In this document: one piece after another, positions 30,402-39,672 of the stretch
How positions within the stretch are numbered: the stretch's first letter is position 1
How the letters are laid out: each line of letters begins with the position of its first letter
Origin: Roseibacillus sp.
Lineage (GTDB): Bacteria; Verrucomicrobiota; Verrucomicrobiia; Verrucomicrobiales; Akkermansiaceae
Length of the DNA: 64,000 nucleotides
Reading direction: 5' to 3'
Assembly: GCA_051251855.1 (NCBI GenBank)
Contig: JBPOGI010000003.1
Location: 352,001 to 416,000, forward strand
The notes under the pieces: generated by a model
Seen by the model: the letters and a program-made list of their open reading frames with translations, nothing else
What the model was told of the DNA's origin: nothing
Databases searched by the model: none
Made by a program: the position numbers and the translations under genes

Positions 30402-31889
30402 CTAAGCGAGGAGGTCTTTGATGACTTTGGCCTTCTTGACGCCGGTGAGACGTTGTTCGAGGCCGTTGGCGTTGATAGAGAGCTTTTGGTGGTCGAATCC
30501 GAGTTGGTTGAGAAGGGTGGCGTGGAAGTCGCGGACGTGGACTTCTTGGCCGGGGAGAGGTTTGTAACCGAAGGGGTCTGTCTCGCCGTAGCTGATGCCG
30601 GGTTTGACGCCGCCGCCAGCCATCCAGATGGTGAAGGAGTTGGGATTGTGGTCGCGTCCAGTGAACGCCATTTTGTTACCGCCTCGGTTTTCTTGCATGG
30701 GAGTGCGGCCGAATTCTCCGCCCCAGATGACGAGGGTGTCTTCCAGCATGCCGCGTTGTTTGAGGTCGGTGAGGAGAGCGGAGACGGGTTGGTCCATGGC
30801 TTTGCATTTGTTTTGAAAGCCGTGGTTGAGGGCTTCGCTTTTGCTGGAGCCATGGGAGTCCCAGCCCCAGTCGTAGAGTTGCACGAAGCGGACTCCGGAT
30901 TCCGAGAGACGGCGGGCGAGGAGGCAGTTGTTGGCGAAAGATTCTTTGCCAGGTTGTGTGCCATACATCTCGTGGATATGAGCAGGCTCGTTGGCGATAT
31001 CCATCACGCCGGGGACGGAGGTTTGCATGCGATAGGCCATTTCATACTGCGCGATGCGGGTGAGAGTCTCGGGGTCGGCGATGTCTTGGTAAGACTTGCG
31101 ATTGAGATCGTTGATGGCGGCGATGGCTTGGCCACGAAGCTGGTGGTCCACGCCGCGTGGGTTGGTGGTGTTGAGGATGGGTTCGCCGACAGAGCGGCAT
31201 TGCACCCCTTGATAAACGGAGGGGAGATGGCCTGCAGACCAGAGGGCGTTGCCCGCGCGCGGTCGACGGCCGCCTGATAACAAGACCATGAATCCAGGAA
31301 GGTTTTCGTTCTCGGTGCCGAGTCCCCAGGTGGTCCAGGAGCCGAGGGAGCCATGGCCCAGAGCGGCATGGCCGGTTTGCACCATGAGTTGGGCGGGCCC
31401 GTGATTGAATTGGTCGGTTTTTAGAGTGTGGACAAAGCAGAGGTCGTCGACGTGCTTGCTGAGATGAGGGAGTTGATCGGAAACGTAGGCTCCAGATTGG
31501 CCGTGTTGTTGAAACTGGAACTGGGGTCCCAGCATTTGAGGAGTTCCTTGGATGAAGGCGAAGCGCTCGCCTTCGAGGAAGGAGGCGGGGCAATCTTTGC
31601 CGTCGTATTTGGCGAGTTCGGGTTTGTAGTTGAAGAGGTCGAGGGTGGAAGGGGCTCCGACCATGTGGAGAAAAATCACGCGCTTGGCCTTGGGAGCGTA
31701 TTGCGCAGAAATGGCGTCGAGAGGGTTGGTGGCGCTATGGATGATCTCGTGGGGGCGACCGAGAGCGCGGCCTTGGGTGGCAAGCCAGAGTCCGCCGAGT
31801 CCGGTCATGCCGTCACGCAAGAAGTGACGGCGCGTCTGGTGTTGGAGTTGCTGGCGTTTTTGCTCGCGCAGGAGAGTGTTGAGATTCAT
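30402..31889 (-). CDS. DUF1501 domain protein (Tat-exported, sulfatase-like fold)
   Basis: TRRHFL Tat motif, PKAKRVIFLHMVGAPS, CLLARRLSESGVRFVQL, GWDSH, WGGEFGRTP, GRDHNP, VRDFHAT. Confidence 0.92.
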   Translation of the reverse strand: MNLNTLLREQKRQQLQHQTRRHFLRDGMTGLGGLWLATQGRALGRPHEIIHSATNPLDAISAQYAPKAKRVIFLHMVGAPSTLDLFNYKPELAKYDGKDCPASFLEGERFAFIQGTPQMLGPQFQFQQHGQSGAYVSDQLPHLSKHVDDLCFVHTLKTDQFNHGPAQLMVQTGHAALGHGSLGSWTTWGLGTENENLPGFMVLLSGGRRPRAGNALWSAGHLPSVYQGVQCRSVGEPILNTTNPRGVDHQLRGQAIAAINDLNRKSYQDIADPETLTRIAQYEMAYRMQTSVPGVMDIANEPAHIHEMYGTQPGKESFANNCLLARRLSESGVRFVQLYDWGWDSHGSSKSEALNHGFQNKCKAMDQPVSALLTDLKQRGMLEDTLVIWGGEFGRTPMQENRGGNKMAFTGRDHNPNSFTIWMAGGGVKPGISYGETDPFGYKPLPGQEVHVRDFHATLLNQLGFDHQKLSINANGLEQRLTGVKKAKVIKDLLA

Positions 31890-31901
31890 AGGGCGAGAGA
31901 G

Positions 31902-34796
31902 TTAGCGGGTGAGGAATTCGTCGAGGTTGAGAATGACGGAGCAGAGCATCGCTTGCGCGGCGGCCTCGGGAGTGGCGGAGAGGTCCTTGGCTAGTTGAGG
32001 TTGTTCTTGGTAGCGGGTGAGAAAGGTTTGGTAGGCAGCGAGGAGTTTGGTGACAGTCTCGGAATCGGGCTCATCGGTGGTGGCCAGTTGATAGGCGTTG
32101 GTGATTTTTTCCTCAAGGGAGGCGGGGCCTTGAAAGACTTTCTGGGAAAAGGATTGTGCGGCCTCGAAGAAGGCTTCGTCGTTCATGGTCATGAGCGCCT
32201 GCAGAGGGGTGTTGCTGACCATGCGGCGTTGGCTGCAGAGTTCGCGCGAAGGGGCGTCGAAGGTGGCCATGCCGGGGAAGGGGATCTCGCGTTTGACGTA
32301 GGTGTAGATCATGCGGCGATAGCGGTCTTCGTTTCCTCGGGGAGGGGTGGTCCATTTGTCGCCGCCTTGGAAGGGTTTCCAAAGGCCCTGCGGGATGGGA
32401 GGGAAGGCGAGTCCGCCGAGGCGTTTCTCGCTGAGGAGTCCAGCGGTTTGCAGGGTGGCGTCGCGCATCATCTCGGAGGTGAAGCGTTGGCGAGGTCCAT
32501 AGGAAAGGTAGAGTTTGCCGTTGTCTTGGGCTCGTTTTTCAGCGCTAACTTCGCCGGTTTGGCGATAGGTGGCGGAGAGGGTAATTTCGCGCAGAAGACC
32601 TTTGGTGCTCCATTGATGTTCACTCATGAATTGTTGGGCGAGGTAGTCGAGGAGTGCCGGGTGGGTGGGGGGCATGCCGGCGGCACCGAAGTCTTCGAGG
32701 GTTTCGACCAGTCCGTGGCCAAAGAGTTGATGCCAGAGGCGGTTGGCCCAGACGCGAGCGGTGAGAGGGTTCTCGCCTGAGACGAGCCATTCAGCGAAAT
32801 CAAGTCGAGTAGGTTTTTCTGCTTGTAAGGGAGGAAGGTGTTTGGGAGTGCCGGGGGTGATGACTTCGCCGCGGGTCATCCAGTTGCCACGGACGAAGAG
32901 CCGGGTTTCGCGTTCCCTGCCGGGCTCGCGTTGATGCATGATGAGGGTTCGGGGGCCTTTGATGGCAGCGAGGTCGCGTTTGAGGTGTTCGATGTGGCGG
33001 AAGGCTTCGATGCGCTCGGGGCCGGCGCCTTTTTTGGTCCAATCAGGGTTGTCGCTGAAGGAAAACTGGAATCGGCGCACCACCATGGGGACGCTGTTTT
33101 CATTGCCGCGGACGCCGCTGTGGAGGAGTTCGAGGCGGAAGCGATCGGCGGGGGTGACGTCGGTGAGTGGTTTCTTAAGGACGAGACTGGCCCATTGGGG
33201 ATGAAACATTTTGGTGGTGACAGACCAACCGTTCTTTTGGGAAGGGTCCATGAGGCCGCGCACATAACCTTGGTTGCTGCGGACGCTGGTCGAGACGTGT
33301 TGGAAGGGGATGGGCTCGAAGGTGCCGTCCGGTTTTTGGTGGCTGAGTTGAACGCTTTTGAGGCCGAATCCGTTTTCAGAAAGGTGGCGGGCGGCTGCGA
33401 GGTCTTCAGGGAGAATGGTGAGCTTGAGGACGGTGAGGGGATTTTTGACTTCGCTGCCAAGAGAGAAATCGACGGTGTGGCGTGCACCTCCGCCGGGGGT
33501 GCCGAGGGAGAGAAAGTCGGGGTGGCCGTCTTCGGTGGTGCGGGTTTCTGCAGTGAGGGAGCTGCCTTTGGTGGTGAAGCGGGTTTGGGTAGGAGGGAAC
33601 CACTGCGAATGGGAGTCCATCGCGATGGTGCTTTGATGGTAGGCTTCCTCGGCGGCTCCAAGGGCGTTGAATGCTTCCATTGCTTTCTTCTTTTCTGAGG
33701 GGTTGGAAGGGATGCGCAGTGAGGTGTCGTTGGCGTTGAGGTCGGCGTCGCGGGTATTGTTGAAGAGGGCGAAAGTTTGGTAATACTCCTCGTGCTCGAT
33801 GGGGTCGTAGGGATGAGAGTGGCATTGCACGCATTCCATGGTGAAGCCTTGCCAGACGTTGTAGGTGGTGGCGACGCGGTCCATGATGGCGGCGACACGG
33901 AATTCTTCGTCGTCTGTTCCGCCTTCGCTATTTTGTGTTGTTAGGCGATTGAATCCAGTGGCGACCATGTCCTCGATGGTTCGGTTGGGGAGAAGGTCGC
34001 CAGCGAGTTGTTTAATGGTGAAGTCGGTGAAGGGCATGTCGTTACGAAAGGCTTCGATGACCCAGTTGCGGTAGGGGTAGATGTCGCGACGCTTGTCGAT
34101 ACCAAGGCCTTCGGAATCGGCGTAGCGGGCGAGGTCGAGCCAGACGGAGGCCCAACGTTCGCCATAGGCAGGGGAAGCGAGGAGGCGGTCTACCACAGTG
34201 GCGTCTGCGGTGGGAGAATCGTCTGCGAGGTATTTGGTGAGCTCTTCCGAAGTGGGGAGGAGGCCGGTGAGGTCGAGGGTGACTCGGCGGAGCCATTCGG
34301 GTTTGCTGGCGGGCTTGCTGGGGGTGAGACTTTTTTCCTGAAGGGTGGCAAAGATGTGTTGGTCGATGGGGGTGCGAGCCCAAGGGGAGCCGACTTTGGG
34401 TAGAGAGTTAGGTTCGATTTTTGTGAAGGACCAGTGGCCGGACCATTCGGCTCCTTCGGCTATCCATTGGCGGAAGAGGTCGACTTCTCCTGTGGTGAGG
34501 GGAGGGCCGTGTTTGGCTTGGGGCATGACATCGTCGTCATCGGCGGGAAGGGTGATGCGGCGGATGAGTTCGGATTCATCGGGCTTGCCAGGGACGATGG
34601 CACGCTCGCCGGAGTCGCCTTCGATGAGGGCCTTTTCGCGATAGATGAAAGAGAGACCTCCGGCTTCTTTGACTCCTCCATGGCAGGCGGTGCAGTGCTT
34701 GATAAAGAGGGGATTGATTTCCTGAGCGAAGTCGATCTTTGACTCTGCCAAGAGTGCTTGGCAAAAGAGGAAAAGAATTGAGATGAGGCGAATCAT
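31902..34796 (-). CDS. PSD1 and planctomycete cytochrome c domain protein (PSCyt1 + DUF1549 + DUF1553)
   Basis: CTACH and CVQCH heme motifs, HWSF, YGERWASVWLDLARYADS, NPLTARVWANRLW, NTPLQAL and NLDEFLTR end. Confidence 0.93.
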   Translation of the reverse strand: MIRLISILFLFCQALLAESKIDFAQEINPLFIKHCTACHGGVKEAGGLSFIYREKALIEGDSGERAIVPGKPDESELIRRITLPADDDDVMPQAKHGPPLTTGEVDLFRQWIAEGAEWSGHWSFTKIEPNSLPKVGSPWARTPIDQHIFATLQEKSLTPSKPASKPEWLRRVTLDLTGLLPTSEELTKYLADDSPTADATVVDRLLASPAYGERWASVWLDLARYADSEGLGIDKRRDIYPYRNWVIEAFRNDMPFTDFTIKQLAGDLLPNRTIEDMVATGFNRLTTQNSEGGTDDEEFRVAAIMDRVATTYNVWQGFTMECVQCHSHPYDPIEHEEYYQTFALFNNTRDADLNANDTSLRIPSNPSEKKKAMEAFNALGAAEEAYHQSTIAMDSHSQWFPPTQTRFTTKGSSLTAETRTTEDGHPDFLSLGTPGGGARHTVDFSLGSEVKNPLTVLKLTILPEDLAAARHLSENGFGLKSVQLSHQKPDGTFEPIPFQHVSTSVRSNQGYVRGLMDPSQKNGWSVTTKMFHPQWASLVLKKPLTDVTPADRFRLELLHSGVRGNENSVPMVVRRFQFSFSDNPDWTKKGAGPERIEAFRHIEHLKRDLAAIKGPRTLIMHQREPGRERETRLFVRGNWMTRGEVITPGTPKHLPPLQAEKPTRLDFAEWLVSGENPLTARVWANRLWHQLFGHGLVETLEDFGAAGMPPTHPALLDYLAQQFMSEHQWSTKGLLREITLSATYRQTGEVSAEKRAQDNGKLYLSYGPRQRFTSEMMRDATLQTAGLLSEKRLGGLAFPPIPQGLWKPFQGGDKWTTPPRGNEDRYRRMIYTYVKREIPFPGMATFDAPSRELCSQRRMVSNTPLQALMTMNDEAFFEAAQSFSQKVFQGPASLEEKITNAYQLATTDEPDSETVTKLLAAYQTFLTRYQEQPQLAKDLSATPEAAAQAMLCSVILNLDEFLTR

Positions 34797-34911
34797 GGGC
34801 TCAGGTCAGGTGCGTTCCTTCTCCTTTGAGAGGAATCGCATTCACAGCAAGGTTACGTCCTTAGAAAGAGAACCTTGCATTTTTACCTGCTGCTATCGTT
34901 TTGTTGGGAGC

Positions 34912-35319
34912 CTATTCCGTCCATGAAACGTCACCGTCGGCGAAGAATTCTTCCTTCCAGACGGGGAGGCGGTTCTTGAGTTGGAGGGCAAGGTAGTCGC
35001 AAGCGGCAAAGGCGGCAGGGCGGTGGGGTGAGGTTACGGCGATGGCGACCGCGAGCTCGCCAATGCCGAGATGGCCGGTGCGGTGGGTGGCGGCGATTTT
35101 TTCGACGTCGGGGAACTTTTCTAGGGTTTCGGTGATGAGTTTTTGGCCTTCGCTTTGGGCGAGAGTAGGGTGGGCGGTGTAGGCGAGGGCGGTGACTTCT
35201 TTGCCTTGGTGATGGTTACGGACGCGGCCTTCGAAGACGACGAGGGCGCCGGAAGAGGGAGACTCGGCTTGGGTGACGAGGCAGGGGGTGTCTATGGGGT
35301 TGTCGGTGATGGCGAACAC
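34912..35319 (-). CDS. moaE: Molybdopterin synthase catalytic subunit
   Basis: GALVVFEGRVRN, HRTGHLGIGE, SPHRPAAF, LKNRLPVWKEE. GTG start. Confidence 0.93.
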   Translation of the reverse strand: MFAITDNPIDTPCLVTQAESPSSGALVVFEGRVRNHHQGKEVTALAYTAHPTLAQSEGQKLITETLEKFPDVEKIAATHRTGHLGIGELAVAIAVTSPHRPAAFAACDYLALQLKNRLPVWKEEFFADGDVSWTE

Positions 35320-35325
35320 GAAGGA

Positions 35326-35353
35326 GTTATTTGTTATGAGTTATTTGTTGTTG
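35326..35353. repeat. Intergenic heptamer tract between mobA-moaD and moaE
   Basis: GTTATTT GTTATGA GTTATTT GTTGTTG fills most of the 36-nt spacer. Confidence 0.7.
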
Positions 35354-35355
35354 GT

Positions 35356-36186
35356 CTAACCGCCGGCGAAGGGGGGGAGGAAGGCGACTTGGGCGTTGTT
35401 GGGGAGAGGAGTGGTCCAGTCGACGAATTCGTCAGCGAGAACGGGTTTGACGGTGTCGAGGTCGAGGCTGAGATGGTGGTTGAGGCGGACTTCTTCGTAG
35501 AGACCGGCGAGGGTAGCGGCGGTAGTGGTGATTTTTTCTTCGGAGGCTGGGGCTTCGGCGCTGAGCTTGCCGAAGTAGGTGATGGTGGCTTCCTTTTCGA
35601 CAAGTCCTGACTTGGAAAGGGTTTTGAGTTCGTGAAGTTGTTCGGGACGGTTGGCGTTGTCGAGCGCGAGGGGATTGGGGAGGGGGAAGGTTTGGGGAGA
35701 GAGGGATTCGAGGAATTTTCGTGCGCAGCGGCGGTCGGCAGCGAGGTAGTCGCGGAGGGATGTGGCTGCAGCGGGTTGGTAGATGGTGCAGAGGGGTTCG
35801 GCGCGACCATCGAGGCGGTTGAGGAAGCAGGTGGCAGGCTGGCTGGGGTCGGCGTTGGTGAGGAGATGTTGGAGGGTTTCGGAGTCGAAGAGGGGGAGGT
35901 CGCAGGCGATGACGAGCCAAGCGGTTTCGGGGTCGTGGGCGAAGGCGGCTTGAATTCCGCCGAGTGGTCCCGGGTTGGGGGTGAGATCAGGGATGGTAGG
36001 GAAGTCGTTGCGGGTGTCGTCGTGGGCGACGGAGAGATAGAACTCCGGGACTTGTGGAGTGACGGTGGCGAGGGTGCGTTCGAGAAGAGTTTTGCCGTCG
36101 AAAACGAGGGAGGCTTTGTCGGTGCCCATGCGGCGGGATTTTCCGCCGACAAGGAGCAGTGCTTTGAGAGGGAAGGAGGTGGTCAT
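35356..36186 (-). CDS. mobA: Molybdenum cofactor guanylyltransferase fused to a C-terminal MoaD/ThiS sulfur carrier
   Basis: LLVGGKSRRMGTDKA, GPLGGI, ACDLP and EPLCTIY (MobA); C-terminal ~80 aa ending VAFLPPFAGG (MoaD di-glycine). Confidence 0.9.
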   Translation of the reverse strand: MTTSFPLKALLLVGGKSRRMGTDKASLVFDGKTLLERTLATVTPQVPEFYLSVAHDDTRNDFPTIPDLTPNPGPLGGIQAAFAHDPETAWLVIACDLPLFDSETLQHLLTNADPSQPATCFLNRLDGRAEPLCTIYQPAAATSLRDYLAADRRCARKFLESLSPQTFPLPNPLALDNANRPEQLHELKTLSKSGLVEKEATITYFGKLSAEAPASEEKITTTAATLAGLYEEVRLNHHLSLDLDTVKPVLADEFVDWTTPLPNNAQVAFLPPFAGG

Positions 36187-36275
36187 GCGTGCGCTCTAAG
36201 GTGGCGGAGCATAGGGGGATGACGGGCCTTTGTCAGGAGCCTTTCGGGATTTTTCTGAAGAAGAGAGGCGAAAAG

Positions 36276-36761
36276 TTAGGAGGCGTTAAAGTCAGACTTC
36301 CCACCAGTTTTTTTGGCGAGCTTTAAGTCGCTGATGATGATGGCGGGGTTGGCGGACTTGCACATGTCGTAGAGGGTGAGGGCGGCGACGGAGGCTCCGG
36401 TGAGGGCTTCCATTTCGACGCCAGTTTTACCAGAGGTCTTGGCGGTGCAGGTGACGAGGAGGCTTTGGTCGTCGATGGGGGTGATTTCGACGGCTGAGGA
36501 GTCGAGGGGAAGAGGGTGGCAGAGGGGGATGAGCTGAGAAGTGAGCTTGGTGCCTTGGATGCCGGCAAGGATGGCGGTGTGAAAGACGGGGCCTTTCTTG
36601 TTCTTGAGCTCGCCGTTACTCATCTGGGAAAGGAGTTCGCTCCCAAGGACGACGATGCACGTGGCGATGGCGGTGCGGGTGGTGACGGCCTTTTGACTCA
36701 CGTCGACCATGCGAGGTTGATCGGATTCGGAGAGGTGAGTGAGTGAAGGGGTCTCGGCCAT
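36276..36761 (-). CDS. moaC: Cyclic pyranopterin monophosphate synthase
   Basis: LTHL...MVDVSQK, KKGPV, LIPLCHPL, TGVEMEALTG, TLYDMCKS, KTGGKS. Confidence 0.96.
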   Translation of the reverse strand: MAETPSLTHLSESDQPRMVDVSQKAVTTRTAIATCIVVLGSELLSQMSNGELKNKKGPVFHTAILAGIQGTKLTSQLIPLCHPLPLDSSAVEITPIDDQSLLVTCTAKTSGKTGVEMEALTGASVAALTLYDMCKSANPAIIISDLKLAKKTGGKSDFNAS

Positions 36762-36848
36762 GTTCGAAAACCCTAGTTTCAAGACGAGAGAAAAGCCAGT
36801 TTTTCGAATCGCTCTTCTCTAGAATCGGGCGCTCTCTTATTGGTATCT

Positions 36849-38135
36849 CTAGTTGCCTTGGCGTTCTTTCCATTCTGAGCGCCAGTCCTCGGCCTCTTGT
36901 TTGAAGGTCGGATCGTTGATCATATCCAATGCGCGTTGCGAAAGTTCCGGATCACCCTGTCGATAAAGGGCATGTTGAGAAATTTGGCCAAAACCGCGAT
37001 CTCTCCAGAGGCCTCTCTCGAATTTTTCCAACCAGGCCCAAGCTGCTTCTGGCTGCTGTCGAAGATAGGGTCTGATTCCAAGCTGGAATAGTTCTCTGGC
37101 TTCTTCGCGCTGAGGTAGGTTGGCGACCCAAGCCGCCATCTCAGCAGAATCGGAACTTTTGGCAAAGGATTCGATGCGCTTTGAGGTGGCGCTGTTAGCG
37201 ATTTCTTCCCAACCTTCGTTTGCAATCATTTGTTCGACAGCGTCCTTGGCCAAGGCCGCTGTTTTTGCGGCTCGCAATACTTGGAGGGCGTAGGGGGAAC
37301 GTTGGTTTTCAGGGATTTCTTGAATTGAATTGAAAGGGTATTCGCGTTTTTGCTTTGCCAGGAGGCCGTTAACAATGGCGTTTAGATTTGGATTGTCGGA
37401 TGAATAGGAGGAGAGCAGCTCTTCCTTGGTTAGGTGTTCAGCGAGATGGGGGACGGGGTCATCTGTGAAGGGGTCTTTGCGATCCATGAGTTGGAAGAGC
37501 GCCTTTGGCGAAAGATTTTTGCGTTCCTTAATTTGTTGCCACACTGCGGGCAGGTGCTCTTCCAAGTTGTGGTTTAGGCGACCCAGAGCCTTCAAGAAGG
37601 ATTCGTCCTTCAAGGTGGGAAGAATGGCTGCGAGCTTATCGGGTTCTTGAATAGAGAGAGCTTTGATCCAAGCGTCTTCTAGTTTGGAATTTTCCAAAGG
37701 ACCGAAGCGATTGTTCTCCAGCAACTGAACGATAGAGTCTGATTGGGTCCACATCTCGAGCTCCAATGACCTGAGGAGTTGAGATGACCAGTCATTGCTT
37801 GCTTGGCCACCCCAAGGTTCGGAGAGGATGGCTTCGAGCGCGGCTTCTAAGTCAACTGCGGCCCATTCTTGAAGGAGACTCATTTGGACGGCGCGCCTTT
37901 CTTTTGGTGAAAGGTCTTTCTTGGGAAGGGAATCCCAAGCATTGCGAAAACGGTTTTGACGGGTTTGTTGATATGGGATGAATTGCGCTGACTTTTCCGA
38001 GGTTGGAGAGTTTTTAGTTGTTTCTACTTGTTCGGATGGAGGCTTGCCCCCTAGGGGGTCCGTTTTTGCTTTGGAAAGCTGATAGCTTACGAGGAAGACG
38101 AGAGGAAAGCTGAGAGCGATGAGAATGGTCTTCAT
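36849..38135 (-). CDS. Hypothetical membrane-anchored alpha-helical repeat protein
   Basis: 428-aa ORF, N-terminal hydrophobic segment, W...D.EAA / PEAAWAWLEK motifs; overlaps the upstream gene by 4 nt. Confidence 0.75.
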   Translation of the reverse strand: MKTILIALSFPLVFLVSYQLSKAKTDPLGGKPPSEQVETTKNSPTSEKSAQFIPYQQTRQNRFRNAWDSLPKKDLSPKERRAVQMSLLQEWAAVDLEAALEAILSEPWGGQASNDWSSQLLRSLELEMWTQSDSIVQLLENNRFGPLENSKLEDAWIKALSIQEPDKLAAILPTLKDESFLKALGRLNHNLEEHLPAVWQQIKERKNLSPKALFQLMDRKDPFTDDPVPHLAEHLTKEELLSSYSSDNPNLNAIVNGLLAKQKREYPFNSIQEIPENQRSPYALQVLRAAKTAALAKDAVEQMIANEGWEEIANSATSKRIESFAKSSDSAEMAAWVANLPQREEARELFQLGIRPYLRQQPEAAWAWLEKFERGLWRDRGFGQISQHALYRQGDPELSQRALDMINDPTFKQEAEDWRSEWKERQGN

Positions 38136-39604
38136 TGTTTCTCGATAAGAAGTTGTGCGCCTTTGGCGAAGGTAGGATTGCCGCTGTTGATGATGGCTTC
38201 GAGGGCAAGGTCGCGGTTAGAGCCTTCCGGGAGTTGGTCCACCCAAGTGAGGTAATCTGAGCCATAGATGGAGAGATTAGTTTGAGTCTTGGTTTTCCAA
38301 GAGTCAGTGAGGTAGGAGTTGACCTTGGGGTCGTTAAAATCCAGTTGCACGCTCTGAACCATTTTGAAAAATGTCTCGGGATTAGCGCGATGAAACCACC
38401 AACGAGCAGCGTAGAGTTTTTGCCAGTCGAGAGCCTCTTGGCCAGCGCCTTGATAGAGTTGCGCGGCCGCCTCGGGGTTGATTTCGGCCAGAGAACGAAA
38501 GAGTTGGCTGCGTGCTTCATCAGCTTGGGTGCTCATTGTGGGAAGTTCTTTTAAGAGAGAATCATAGAGCTCTGTGGCCGAAACTTGTCCGTTGTCGAAG
38601 GCATAAAGCCGGTCGGTGTTTGAGTTGTTCAAGAAGCCTCTCAAATCCTGATAGATGACTTGGGAATTGGCGGCATGGTCGCTCATTCCACGATATCTGC
38701 CAAATTCGCGTGCAAGGTCTGCGCGCCTTTCGATGGAGACCCCGCTATTTTGAATGAGTTCGTTAACGCGATGATTGTTCTTCCCCAACTGAGTTTTTAA
38801 TAATGGGGAAGTTGCCTCATCGCGATAAATGCTGAGAAACCAGTCCAGTCCTTCAGAGCCTCCTTCACTAAGTGAAATTTTCAGGATAGCTTGGGATTGA
38901 AAGTCCTCCTCCAATTTCTGTAGCAATTCCGCTCGGCGTTCGAATGGCCAATGCTGAGCCATGGACTCCACACTGCGATTATTATTCAGCCATTCGGGGT
39001 ATTGATTTTTGATGAGCTGCAGATCCGCGAGGTTGCCTGTCTTTCCCAATAGCTCAAAGAAGGACGAACTGAAGGTGGTGGGGTTGAGTTTGTAGGCATC
39101 GGGTAACCAAGCGAGAGAGTCTCGAAGGCCATTTTGTTCAAGGAGTTCGGCGAGTTGCTCAAAGAAAAGAGCGTGGACAGTCGATACTTTATCAGCTGAT
39201 TGGTCGAGTGAATTGAGCTCTTGGAGAGCTGCAACAGGATCGATGTGTAGCCATTCTCGGAGCCGAAAACTGAGTTTGTCCAAAAGCAAGGGATCGGTAG
39301 AGGATAGCCCAGAGCCAGAGCCAGAGCCAGAGGACTGCAGGGAATCGTAGAGTCTACGAAAATCTTTCCTAGGATCGTCGGATGAGGGGAGTGTGAACTC
39401 AGCTTCCTGAGTTGTTTGGTTGGAAGATTTTTTGGTTGGGATGAGTTGCTCCAAGAGTTGGCTTCCAGATACTTGGGAAGTGAGAGCTTGGGAGGACTTT
39501 GTGCCTTGTTCTTGGTCCGTAATCGAGGGCTCTTTCTTTTGTGCAAAGAACCAACCGAGGCCTGCGACGCAGAGATATGCCAAGCCAAGCAAGCCTACTT
39601 TCAT
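38132..39604 (-). CDS. Hypothetical membrane-anchored alpha-helical repeat protein
   Basis: 490-aa ORF, N-terminal TM, WLHIDPVAAL, LAEINPEAAA and WVDQLPEGSNRDLAL motifs. Confidence 0.75.
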   Translation of the reverse strand: MKVGLLGLAYLCVAGLGWFFAQKKEPSITDQEQGTKSSQALTSQVSGSQLLEQLIPTKKSSNQTTQEAEFTLPSSDDPRKDFRRLYDSLQSSGSGSGSGLSSTDPLLLDKLSFRLREWLHIDPVAALQELNSLDQSADKVSTVHALFFEQLAELLEQNGLRDSLAWLPDAYKLNPTTFSSSFFELLGKTGNLADLQLIKNQYPEWLNNNRSVESMAQHWPFERRAELLQKLEEDFQSQAILKISLSEGGSEGLDWFLSIYRDEATSPLLKTQLGKNNHRVNELIQNSGVSIERRADLAREFGRYRGMSDHAANSQVIYQDLRGFLNNSNTDRLYAFDNGQVSATELYDSLLKELPTMSTQADEARSQLFRSLAEINPEAAAQLYQGAGQEALDWQKLYAARWWFHRANPETFFKMVQSVQLDFNDPKVNSYLTDSWKTKTQTNLSIYGSDYLTWVDQLPEGSNRDLALEAIINSGNPTFAKGAQLLIEKQ

Positions 39605-39672
39605 ATCCCGAAGCCTGTCTCAAATTCGAAGGCAGTCGAGGAGAAAGGGGAGGCTCAAAAGGAGCTTCCCGC

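Noticed and set aside
36762..36848. Moco riboswitch upstream of moaC
   Set aside because: The spacer is only 87 nt, a -10-like box lies 8 nt from the start codon, and no riboswitch-like conserved sequence was recognised.
39309..39332. (CCAGAG)4 simple repeat as a phase-variation tract
   Set aside because: The 6-nt unit keeps the frame and just encodes a Ser-Gly linker.
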